Source: Pelagibacteraceae bacterium (GTDB taxonomy: Bacteria > Pseudomonadota > Alphaproteobacteria > Pelagibacterales > AG-422-B15). Taken from it: a DNA stretch of 64,000 nt. Within the stretch, counting starts at the first letter, position 1, and each line of letters starts with the position of its first letter. The notes below the pieces were generated by a model. It was given only the letters and a program-made list of their open reading frames with translations. It made no database searches and had not been told where the DNA came from. This document shows, in pieces, positions 57,220 to 64,000 of this stretch. Position numbers and translations under genes: made by a program. Location of the stretch: assembly GCA_038103905.1 (NCBI GenBank), contig JAYNZW010000007.1, positions 5,777 through 69,776 on the forward strand. The letters are read 5' to 3'.

Positions 57220-57285
57220 TAACTATTATAGCAGACAGAAACTAAAAATTGCTTTAATTAATTTGATAAATAATAATTTTTTTAT

Positions 57286-58218
57286 ATGTCAAAAATTACA
57301 TTTGGTGACAATCCATTAGATCATGCCTCAAAGCTTAGGGGTGATTTAGAATGGCAAAAAGAAGCGTTATCTTCTGATAAATCAAAGTTCATGATTTTTT
57401 ACGATGATAAGCCGCTAATAAAAACTGATCCCAAAAATAGAGATAATCCAAAAATTTATTGGCTTCCTTATCAAGATATTAGATATTTGTTTGATAAAAA
57501 AATTATTACAGTTTTTTTAGGCTTAATTGATGAAAATATTTACTATGCGATTGATTTAAATGAAGAAATCAATGAGAATTCAAGACTTGAGGAAAGACTT
57601 CTAGATGCAAAATTTATAGATCTTAGATCTATCGCTCCATCATTGAATAATAAAAGTGCTGGAGTGATTGCGCAAGCCAAGTCAATTTTTGAATGGAATA
57701 AGTCTGTCATATATTGTTCAAAATGTATGGGTATAAAATTAGAAGTTCTAGACTCAGGTTATAAAAAAAAATGTGGAAAATGTGAGAAAGAATATTTTCC
57801 AAGAGTTGACCCAGTTGTAATAATGCTGCCCTTTCATAAACAAAAATGTCTGCTTGGAAGACAAAAGATTTTTCCACCAAATATGTATTCCGCCTTAGCA
57901 GGCTTTTTAGAACCTGGAGAAACAATTGAAAGTGCTGTGATTCGTGAAGTTAAAGAGGAAGTTAAGTTAAATACTAAAAATATAATTTATAAATTCTCTC
58001 AGCCTTGGCCATTTTCATCCCAATTAATGATTGGATGCCTAGCAGAAGTCGATAGCTTTAATCATGAGGCAGATGAAGATGAAATCGAAGATACTGTTTG
58101 GTTAGATAGAGAAGATCTCACAGCTATCTTTGTTGGCAAGCACCAAAAAAGAATCTGGATACCTCCTCCCATGGCAATTGCTCATCAATTGATACTTGAG
58201 TGGATGCATAAAAATTAA
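57286..58218 (+). CDS. nudC: NAD+ diphosphatase (NADH pyrophosphatase)
   Basis: 310 aa. Zinc ribbon CSKCMG...CGKC, Nudix box GFLEPGETIESAVIREVKEEV, and the NudC-specific SQPWPFSS motif. Confidence 0.88.
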   Translation: MSKITFGDNPLDHASKLRGDLEWQKEALSSDKSKFMIFYDDKPLIKTDPKNRDNPKIYWLPYQDIRYLFDKKIITVFLGLIDENIYYAIDLNEEINENSRLEERLLDAKFIDLRSIAPSLNNKSAGVIAQAKSIFEWNKSVIYCSKCMGIKLEVLDSGYKKKCGKCEKEYFPRVDPVVIMLPFHKQKCLLGRQKIFPPNMYSALAGFLEPGETIESAVIREVKEEVKLNTKNIIYKFSQPWPFSSQLMIGCLAEVDSFNHEADEDEIEDTVWLDREDLTAIFVGKHQKRIWIPPPMAIAHQLILEWMHKN

Positions 58219-58220
58219 TT

Positions 58221-59048
58221 TTACGATCTAAATGAGTGTTTTGGATAAACTCCTAAAATATTAAATTTATTAGTATAATGAGTGATTTCATCTAAAGCTG
58301 CAATCACAGAAGCATCGTTTGAATGACCCTCAAATTCTAAGTAAAATTGTGCTTTATTAAAATCCTGATCACTTATAAAGCTCTCAAGCTTGATCATATT
58401 AATACCATTTGTAGCTAGCCCACCCAGCGCTTTATACAAAGCAGATGGAATACTTTTAACCTCAAAAATACAACTAGTTATGTACTCAAGTCCTTCATTT
58501 CTTTCTTGTTGCAACTTTGACATTATTAAGAATCGAGTTGTATTATTTTTATCATCTTCAATATTTTCTCTTACTATCTTTAAATCATAAATCTCTGCTG
58601 CAAGCTTTGAAGCAATTGCGGAGTCCTGTTTATTTCCTTCTTCACTTATATACTTTGCCGAGCCAGCTGTGTCTGCCATGATTATTGAAGTTAGAGATAA
58701 CTCATCAATTACTTTCTTACACTGACCTATGCCCATTGCATGGCTTCGAATGTACTTTAGATCATTTATTTCAGCTTCTTTCCTTGCAACTAATTGGTGA
58801 TACACTCTTTCAAAATGTTCAGCATAAATTTTTAAATTTGAATTACCCAATAAAGTATGAATATCAGCAACTCTTCCAGCAACAGTATTTTCAACAGGAA
58901 TCATTGCCATTTCAGCACTGTCATTGACAACAGCACTCAATGCTTCTTCAAAGGTTTTACATGGAATTACTTCAACATCAGAAAAGCAGTTGAGACATGC
59001 TAAATGTGAATATGCTCCTAACTCGCCTTGAAAAGATATTTTTTTCAT
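58221..59048 (-). CDS. pheA: Prephenate dehydratase
   Basis: 275 aa. MKKISFQGELGAYSH N-terminus, a TRF motif (NNTTRFLIM) and a C-terminal ACT domain. Confidence 0.88.
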   Translation of the reverse strand: MKKISFQGELGAYSHLACLNCFSDVEVIPCKTFEEALSAVVNDSAEMAMIPVENTVAGRVADIHTLLGNSNLKIYAEHFERVYHQLVARKEAEINDLKYIRSHAMGIGQCKKVIDELSLTSIIMADTAGSAKYISEEGNKQDSAIASKLAAEIYDLKIVRENIEDDKNNTTRFLIMSKLQQERNEGLEYITSCIFEVKSIPSALYKALGGLATNGINMIKLESFISDQDFNKAQFYLEFEGHSNDASVIAALDEITHYTNKFNILGVYPKHSFRS

Positions 59049-59791
59049 TCTGATCTCATATTCTTTCTCACTAATTCTAAATCCTTATAAGTATCAACAC
59101 CAATTGGTAAATTGTCAATTAGTGCAGCTCCGATGTTCATATTATTATCTAAAGCTCTCAATTGCTCAAGTTTGAACAAGATTTCTCTACTAGATTGAGG
59201 TAGATTTATAAATCTTTCTAAAGAATTTCGTCGATAAGAATAAATACCTATGTGATGAAAAAGTTTTTCTTTCATTGAAATGTCATTAGTTCTAGTAAAA
59301 TCAATTGCTTTTGTTACCACTTCTTCTTCATTAAAATTACATAATGCTTTTACAATGTTGCTATTCTCTAAATGATCATCAGAATTAATTTTCGCTACTA
59401 ATGTACCAATATCATATCTATCGCTTTGCAAAATATTTAAAACTTGCTTTAAATTTTTGCCTAAAATATTAGGAAGATCACCTTGTAAGTTAATTATATA
59501 TTCAATCTCATTATTAGGATCTATTTTTATCAAGGCTTCATATATCCTATCAGAACCAGACTGATGCTTCATATCTGTCACAATTGATATTCCACCCTCT
59601 TCTTTAATTATTTTCGCTATTGCATCGCTATCAGTGGCAACTACCACTTTACCAAGAGATGCTTCTATAGCTCTCTTCCAAACATGGATTATCATTGGCT
59701 GATTATTGATTAGCTCAAGAGGTTTATTTGGCAATCTTGTCGCAGCAAGTCTTGCAGGAATAAAAATAGCAGTATTTTTTTGATTTATCAT
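59045..59791 (-). CDS. kdsB: 3-deoxy-manno-octulosonate cytidylyltransferase
   Basis: 248 aa. IPARLAATRLPNKPL N-terminus and an INLQGDLP motif. Confidence 0.9.
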   Translation of the reverse strand: MINQKNTAIFIPARLAATRLPNKPLELINNQPMIIHVWKRAIEASLGKVVVATDSDAIAKIIKEEGGISIVTDMKHQSGSDRIYEALIKIDPNNEIEYIINLQGDLPNILGKNLKQVLNILQSDRYDIGTLVAKINSDDHLENSNIVKALCNFNEEEVVTKAIDFTRTNDISMKEKLFHHIGIYSYRRNSLERFINLPQSSREILFKLEQLRALDNNMNIGAALIDNLPIGVDTYKDLELVRKNMRSE

Positions 59792-59881
59792 AATTCCTCA
59801 TGCGACGCCAAGACACATAAAAGCTTGTATAAATTAAGTTATTGTTTAAATATATTCAAGAATCGCGTCAAGAAATCATTT

Positions 59882-60424
59882 ATGGACTCATTAGAAATAA
59901 ATAAAATTGTAGCATGTATTCTTGTTGTAGCCCTTGTAATAATTGGCTTATCAAACCTTACTGAAATTTTATATGAGGTTGAAAAACCTGAGGTTGCCCA
60001 TTATGTAATAGAGGGTATTGATGATGAAGTCGTGACTGCTGATGCCTCCATATCCGAAACTGTAGCTGAAGAAGTCCCAATTCAAATATTATTAGCTTCA
60101 GCAAGTGTCGACAAAGGGGCTAAAGTTTTTAAAAAATGCTCAAACTGTCATGTTCCAAACGAAGGAGGTGCAAACAAAATTGGTCCTGCTCTTTGGAATA
60201 TAGTTAATAAAGATATTGGTGGTTCTGACTTTGCTTATTCTAATGCAATGGCTTCTTATAGTGGCAAATGGACATACGAAGAATTGAATGGTTTCTTAAA
60301 GAATCCAAAAAAATATATGGAAGGCACAAAAATGTCTTTTGCTGGCCTCAAAAAAGAAACAGATCGTGCTAATGTAATATTATATCTAAGAAGTTTAAGT
60401 AATAATCCTGCTCCTTTAGAATAG
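59882..60424 (+). CDS. Membrane-anchored class I c-type cytochrome
   Basis: Start set at MDSLEINKIVACILVV (59882). It has one N-terminal TM anchor, the haem motif CSNCH and the distal Met region KMSFAGL. Confidence 0.85.
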   Translation: MDSLEINKIVACILVVALVIIGLSNLTEILYEVEKPEVAHYVIEGIDDEVVTADASISETVAEEVPIQILLASASVDKGAKVFKKCSNCHVPNEGGANKIGPALWNIVNKDIGGSDFAYSNAMASYSGKWTYEELNGFLKNPKKYMEGTKMSFAGLKKETDRANVILYLRSLSNNPAPLE

Positions 60425-60478
60425 ACTCAATCAAATATATTGACATTAAGCGTGTCACCTACTTATTCTTAAGTTTAA

Positions 60479-61834
60479 ATGAATTCAGATAAAAAAAACT
60501 TATCAATTTATTTTGATAAGAGAATGTTGCGTATATTGCTTTTAGGTGCAATTAGTGGTTTCCCATGGGTAATAATTGGAAGCGCACTAACTCTTTGGCT
60601 AAAAGAAGACGGCATTAGTAGAAGTGCAATTGGATGGGCCGGATTAATATTTGGAGTTTACGCAATAAATTTTTTATGGGCTCCATTAATTGACCGTATC
60701 AGAGTTCCTATTCTAACTTCTTTAATCGGGCACCGAAAAGCGTGGATTCTCTCGTTACAATTTATCATCTTTACTTCACTAATCTTGTGGAGTCTTTTAA
60801 GTCCAATCGACAATTTAGGTCTCATTGTATTCATTGGTTTGATCATTGCTATTTCATCAGCATCACAAGATATCACTATTGATGCACTGAGAATTGAGCA
60901 AATTAAAAAAGACGAAACTTCAGCAATGGCCGCCGGAGCTGCAATAGCTGTTGTTGGGTGGTGGAGTGGCTACAAGCTTGGTGGATTAATAACGCTTATC
61001 TCAGCTGATTGGTTACAAGGTTTAGGGCTTGTTAATTACTGGCAAATAACCTTCATTATAATCTGTGGTATTATAATTTTATTTAATTTGGGTCTTTTAT
61101 TGATACCTGAGAATGGCACGAAGGAACGTTTTCAGGCACAACAAGATGATCAAAACAATCTTAAAAAAAATATAAGAATTTCTGGATATGCAGGAGAATT
61201 GATTGCTTGGACTTCTACAACGATAGTGAGTCCATTATACAGCTTTTTTAAAAGAAATGGTATTACCATAGGGCTATCAATTGTTGGGTTCATTTTTCTT
61301 TTTAAAATTGGAGAGGCTTTCCTGGGCAGAATGTCCATTCTCTTTTATAAAGAAATAGGATTTTCTAAGTCAGATATTGCACTTTACTCTAAAGGCCTAG
61401 GTTGGATTACAACAGTTACATTTACACTTTTAGGTGGTTGGTTTGCAATTAAGTCTGGTGTCATAAGAGCTCTTTTTATATCGGGCATAGTAATGGCATT
61501 AACAAATTTGATGTTTACAATTATGGCTTGGAGTGAGAAGTCAGAATTACTTTTTGCAATTGCGGTTTTAGTCGATGACTTAGCGGCTGCATTTGCAACA
61601 GTAGCTTTTGTAACATTTATTTCACTACTTGTAGATCGAAATTATACTGCTACTCAATACGCTCTTTTAGCTTCTATAGGAACAGCTGGAAGAACAATTA
61701 TGGCATCATCTTCAGGAGCTGTAGTAGATTGGCTTGAAGGAGATTGGGGAATCTTCTTCATTGTAACAGCAATAATGGTAATACCGTCCCTAATTTTACT
61801 CTGGATGATTAGAAAAAAAGTTTTTAAGAAATGA
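60479..61834 (+). CDS. ampG: MFS transporter, AmpG (muropeptide permease) family
   Basis: 451 aa of multi-pass MFS protein with an AmpG-like N-terminal region (LLGAISGFPWVIIGSALTLWLKE...WAPLIDR). Confidence 0.78.
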   Translation: MNSDKKNLSIYFDKRMLRILLLGAISGFPWVIIGSALTLWLKEDGISRSAIGWAGLIFGVYAINFLWAPLIDRIRVPILTSLIGHRKAWILSLQFIIFTSLILWSLLSPIDNLGLIVFIGLIIAISSASQDITIDALRIEQIKKDETSAMAAGAAIAVVGWWSGYKLGGLITLISADWLQGLGLVNYWQITFIIICGIIILFNLGLLLIPENGTKERFQAQQDDQNNLKKNIRISGYAGELIAWTSTTIVSPLYSFFKRNGITIGLSIVGFIFLFKIGEAFLGRMSILFYKEIGFSKSDIALYSKGLGWITTVTFTLLGGWFAIKSGVIRALFISGIVMALTNLMFTIMAWSEKSELLFAIAVLVDDLAAAFATVAFVTFISLLVDRNYTATQYALLASIGTAGRTIMASSSGAVVDWLEGDWGIFFIVTAIMVIPSLILLWMIRKKVFKK

Positions 61835-61837
61835 TAA

Positions 61838-62005
61838 TTAGCTATCGACTACTAAAACAACCAATAAGGCCGTAAATAAGATAATGATAATTGACCAAGT
61901 AATCCTTTCTGATTTTGTGGTTTTTTGATCAAAGTTACCAATTCTATATCCTGCCCAAAGAAATATAACTAGACAAACTATTAAAAATACAATTCTAAAT
62001 AACAT
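61838..62005 (-). CDS. Candidate 55-aa two-TM small membrane protein
   Basis: Not in the ORF track. It reads MLFRIVFLIVCLVIFLWAGYRIGNFDQKTTKSERITWSIIIILFTALLVVLVVDS. AGGTG lies 4 nt upstream of the ATG, and the ORF starts 15 nt after the NlpC/P60 stop on the same strand. Confidence 0.45.
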   Translation of the reverse strand: MLFRIVFLIVCLVIFLWAGYRIGNFDQKTTKSERITWSIIIILFTALLVVLVVDS

Positions 62006-62020
62006 TTTACACCTAAAAAT

Positions 62021-62854
62021 TTATTCTACACGACAGATCTTTAAAATTTTACCATATATTTTATTTATTCTTGTTTTTGCAGTTTTCAATGTCTCTATCT
62101 GTGTTTTCATATGGTGTGCATTAGCGTGAATTATATTTTTATTATCTAATGCCAGTGCAACGTGTCCTTTCCAAAAAATTAAGTCACCTAATTTAAGCTG
62201 AGACTCACTGATATGATTGGAAAAATACTCAGCTTGCAAATCTGTATCTCTTGGCAGTTCAATGCCTATCATTTGATATAGATTTTGAACTAATCCTGAA
62301 CAATCTAGTCCCATTGAATCACGGCCACCCCAAAGATAAGGAGTATGCAGATATTGCAATGAAATATCATAAAGATTAAATTTACAATTCTTTATATTCA
62401 CTAAATCTTTTGAAATACACCAACCTAAATTTGGTATAAAAGAAAAACCATTCTTTTTTTTTGAAACTAATACTAAAGAATTAAAACTTAAATAATTTAA
62501 TGGATCAGATTTAATGCTGGGAGACCTATAAATAAATGTTCTTAATGAATGAACTTTATAATTTGAAATAATTTTTCTTTTTTTAAGATTTTGCATTGGT
62601 GTATAACCAACATAATTATCTCTCATACACTGACCCCAAGCTACACCATCATTAATATCAAATACTCGGAAATATTCTCCAAACAGCAATTGGGTTGTCA
62701 GATTTTTTAGTTTTTTTTCAGAATATATAGGTGAATAGGTTGAGTAAACTGTATAAATCTTACCTTTAACAAATTTACAATTTTTAATTAATCCATAATA
62801 GTCAGTAGAAGCTAATCCCTTTTTTATTGGATGAATTCTTTTATCAAACTTCAC
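62021..62854 (-). CDS. NlpC/P60 (C40) family peptidoglycan peptidase with N-terminal SH3-like region
   Basis: 277 aa. Catalytic Cys context GGRDSMGLDCSGLV, and His in GHVALAL. Confidence 0.85.
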   Translation of the reverse strand: MKFDKRIHPIKKGLASTDYYGLIKNCKFVKGKIYTVYSTYSPIYSEKKLKNLTTQLLFGEYFRVFDINDGVAWGQCMRDNYVGYTPMQNLKKRKIISNYKVHSLRTFIYRSPSIKSDPLNYLSFNSLVLVSKKKNGFSFIPNLGWCISKDLVNIKNCKFNLYDISLQYLHTPYLWGGRDSMGLDCSGLVQNLYQMIGIELPRDTDLQAEYFSNHISESQLKLGDLIFWKGHVALALDNKNIIHANAHHMKTQIETLKTAKTRINKIYGKILKICRVE

Positions 62855-62867
62855 TTTGAAATATTAT

Positions 62868-63188
62868 TTAAAGAGCATAACCAAGATATACAATGATACC
62901 TGTAAAAATCAATATTCCCCCAAAAATCATTGTCGCTCTCACTGCTACATGAATTTGATCCGCCACAAATAGATGATAAGCAAAAGATCCAAATAATGGG
63001 ATGAATGTAACAATTAAAGTCCATAAAACTTTATAAATATTTGATGAAAATCGATTTTGAGAAATATCTACTAAAGCGAGGGATGTCCAAGTCGCATATA
63101 AAAAGAATGGAAGATAATAACCATAAAAATTTAAAAATAATGATAGAAAAGGAACATCACTAATTGGAAAAATTGATACGCCGGGCAT
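62868..63188 (-). CDS. Small membrane protein with PLD-nuclease N-terminal (PLDc_N) type domain
   Basis: 106 aa with three to four TM helices. The LWTLIVTFIPLFGSFAYHLF segment resembles the PLDc_N motif. Confidence 0.68.
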   Translation of the reverse strand: MPGVSIFPISDVPFLSLFLNFYGYYLPFFLYATWTSLALVDISQNRFSSNIYKVLWTLIVTFIPLFGSFAYHLFVADQIHVAVRATMIFGGILIFTGIIVYLGYAL

Positions 63189-63214
63189 AATTATTTATTT
63201 TCTCTTACTTAAAT

Positions 63215-64000
63215 TTATTGTAAAGAATTTTTGTCAAAATATTTATATGCTTCTTTTGGAAGACTAATTTCATTTAATTTATTACGATATCCCTCAAAAA
63301 CTTCAACAGCTGGGATAATAGATTTTTTAAATTCTTCAAAATTATAATCTTTATTCTGAACTATTTTCATAATTGGCATATTTGGCTGTGGATCTGGAGC
63401 GTCAAATTCTTTCCAATTTCCTTTTTCATAATTTCCAGTGTTAGCATTTATGACTCTTGCAATTAAATTCCATAATCCATGCAAATCTGATCCCATTGGC
63501 AAAATATTAAAATTACAGTTATTAAATAATTGAATACCTGGAGGTATTGAAGTATCAAACTGATTTTTTTCAAAACAGTTTCTTAGATTTGAGACCCCAC
63601 TTACAGCTATATCTGCCTTACCAGAATTGATAATAAGATTTTCTTCAATTATATTTCCATGAGCTGGCCAATAATTATCATCTAAAGCAGCGCTGATCAC
63701 TAAACCAAATACATCATGATTAGCAATAACATTATTTTTTATATAATTATTATTACCTCCGGCAATAACTAATCCATTTCCAAGTGAAATATATTGAGCA
63801 TCCCATGCAGGAGCCTTAAGGTTATTATTATTTTCTATCAAATTTCCAATTATATAGCTTTCCCTTTCCGGGGGGAGAAGTTCACTATCTAATGTATTAG
63901 GCGCTATACCACCCTTATTATTTCTAAAAATAGAGTTTATAATGTATAAATCACCGCCTGAATTTGTACCTGAATATCCAAGACCATTATTTTCAGAAAT
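63215..64000 (-). CDS. Parallel beta-helix repeat protein (NosD-like), C-terminal part; gene runs off the window
   Basis: The ORF track starts it at a TTG (63841). The frame stays open at least 20 codons further upstream by manual translation (...LLPPERESYIIGNLIENNNN), so it probably continues toward 64000. It has repeated N/G/I-rich beta-helix turns (NNYIKNNVIANHD, GNIIEENLIINSG). Confidence 0.7.
   Translation of the reverse strand: MSENNGLGYSGTNSGGDLYIINSIFRNNKGGIAPNTLDSELLPPERESYIIGNLIENNNNLKAPAWDAQYISLGNGLVIAGGNNNYIKNNVIANHDVFGLVISAALDDNYWPAHGNIIEENLIINSGKADIAVSGVSNLRNCFEKNQFDTSIPPGIQLFNNCNFNILPMGSDLHGLWNLIARVINANTGNYEKGNWKEFDAPDPQPNMPIMKIVQNKDYNFEEFKKSIIPAVEVFEGYRNKLNEISLPKEAYKYFDKNSLQ

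Noticed and set aside
1-64000. CRISPR arrays, transposons/IS elements, prophage, toxin-antitoxin or defence systems.
   Set aside because: I saw no spaced direct-repeat array, no transposase, integrase or recombinase-like ORF, and no terminal inverted repeats. No gene pair or cluster has defence-system hallmarks, and every sizeable ORF has a metabolic, transport, envelope or housekeeping assignment. A visual scan of 64 kb cannot exclude short or degenerate repeats.

Overview
AT-rich, extremely gene-dense alphaproteobacterial chromosome segment. Gaps are typically 0-20 nt, with many ATGA or TAATG start/stop overlaps and several convergent gene pairs whose stop codons abut or overlap. The gene content (class I lysyl-tRNA synthetase, GcrA, a Tdm-type DUF1989+GcvT fusion, SoxBDAG-type oxidase, GcrA as the only recognisable regulator gene) suggests a streamlined marine SAR11/Pelagibacterales-like genome; this is inference, with no search run. 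Layout: (i) 1-16.7 kb is a methylated-amine module. It holds a partial Rieske oxygenase, a betaine/TMAO-type ABC transporter (fused double permease, ATPase, binding protein), a Tdm-like demethylase, and divergently a DAO-family flavoprotein, SoxBDAG/MgdABCD-type genes, an esterase, a GmaS-like glutamine-synthetase homologue and an SDR. (ii) 16.7-19.8 kb holds Fe-alcohol dehydrogenase, a beta-hydroxyacid dehydrogenase and an EamA transporter. (iii) 19.8-24.6 kb is a tightly coupled four-gene glycoside module: serine hydrolase, GPH symporter, galactokinase-like kinase, GH1 glycosidase. (iv) 25-35 kb holds acyl-CoA/beta-oxidation genes interleaved with a RmlA-like/ProX/NUDIX operon and a TauE-hypothetical-CcdA operon. 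(v) 36-64 kb is housekeeping: pyrD, lysK, folE, trkH, argF, argD, gcrA, tRNA-Arg, rpmH-rnpA-yidD-yidC, argB, dapD, dapE, truA, fmt, def, recR, ybaB, dnaX, SRP RNA, nudC, pheA, kdsB, cytochrome c, ampG, and envelope genes. I saw no CRISPR array, transposase, integrase, phage gene or rRNA. The ORF track misses tRNA-Arg(ACG), the SRP RNA, rpmH, two short hydrophobic ORFs and the two genes that run off the window ends. I found no clearly new multi-gene system. The most checkable leads are the unassigned oxygenase and flavoprotein flanking the TMAO module, the NMG-pathway gap, the glycoside operon and an intra-operon terminator.
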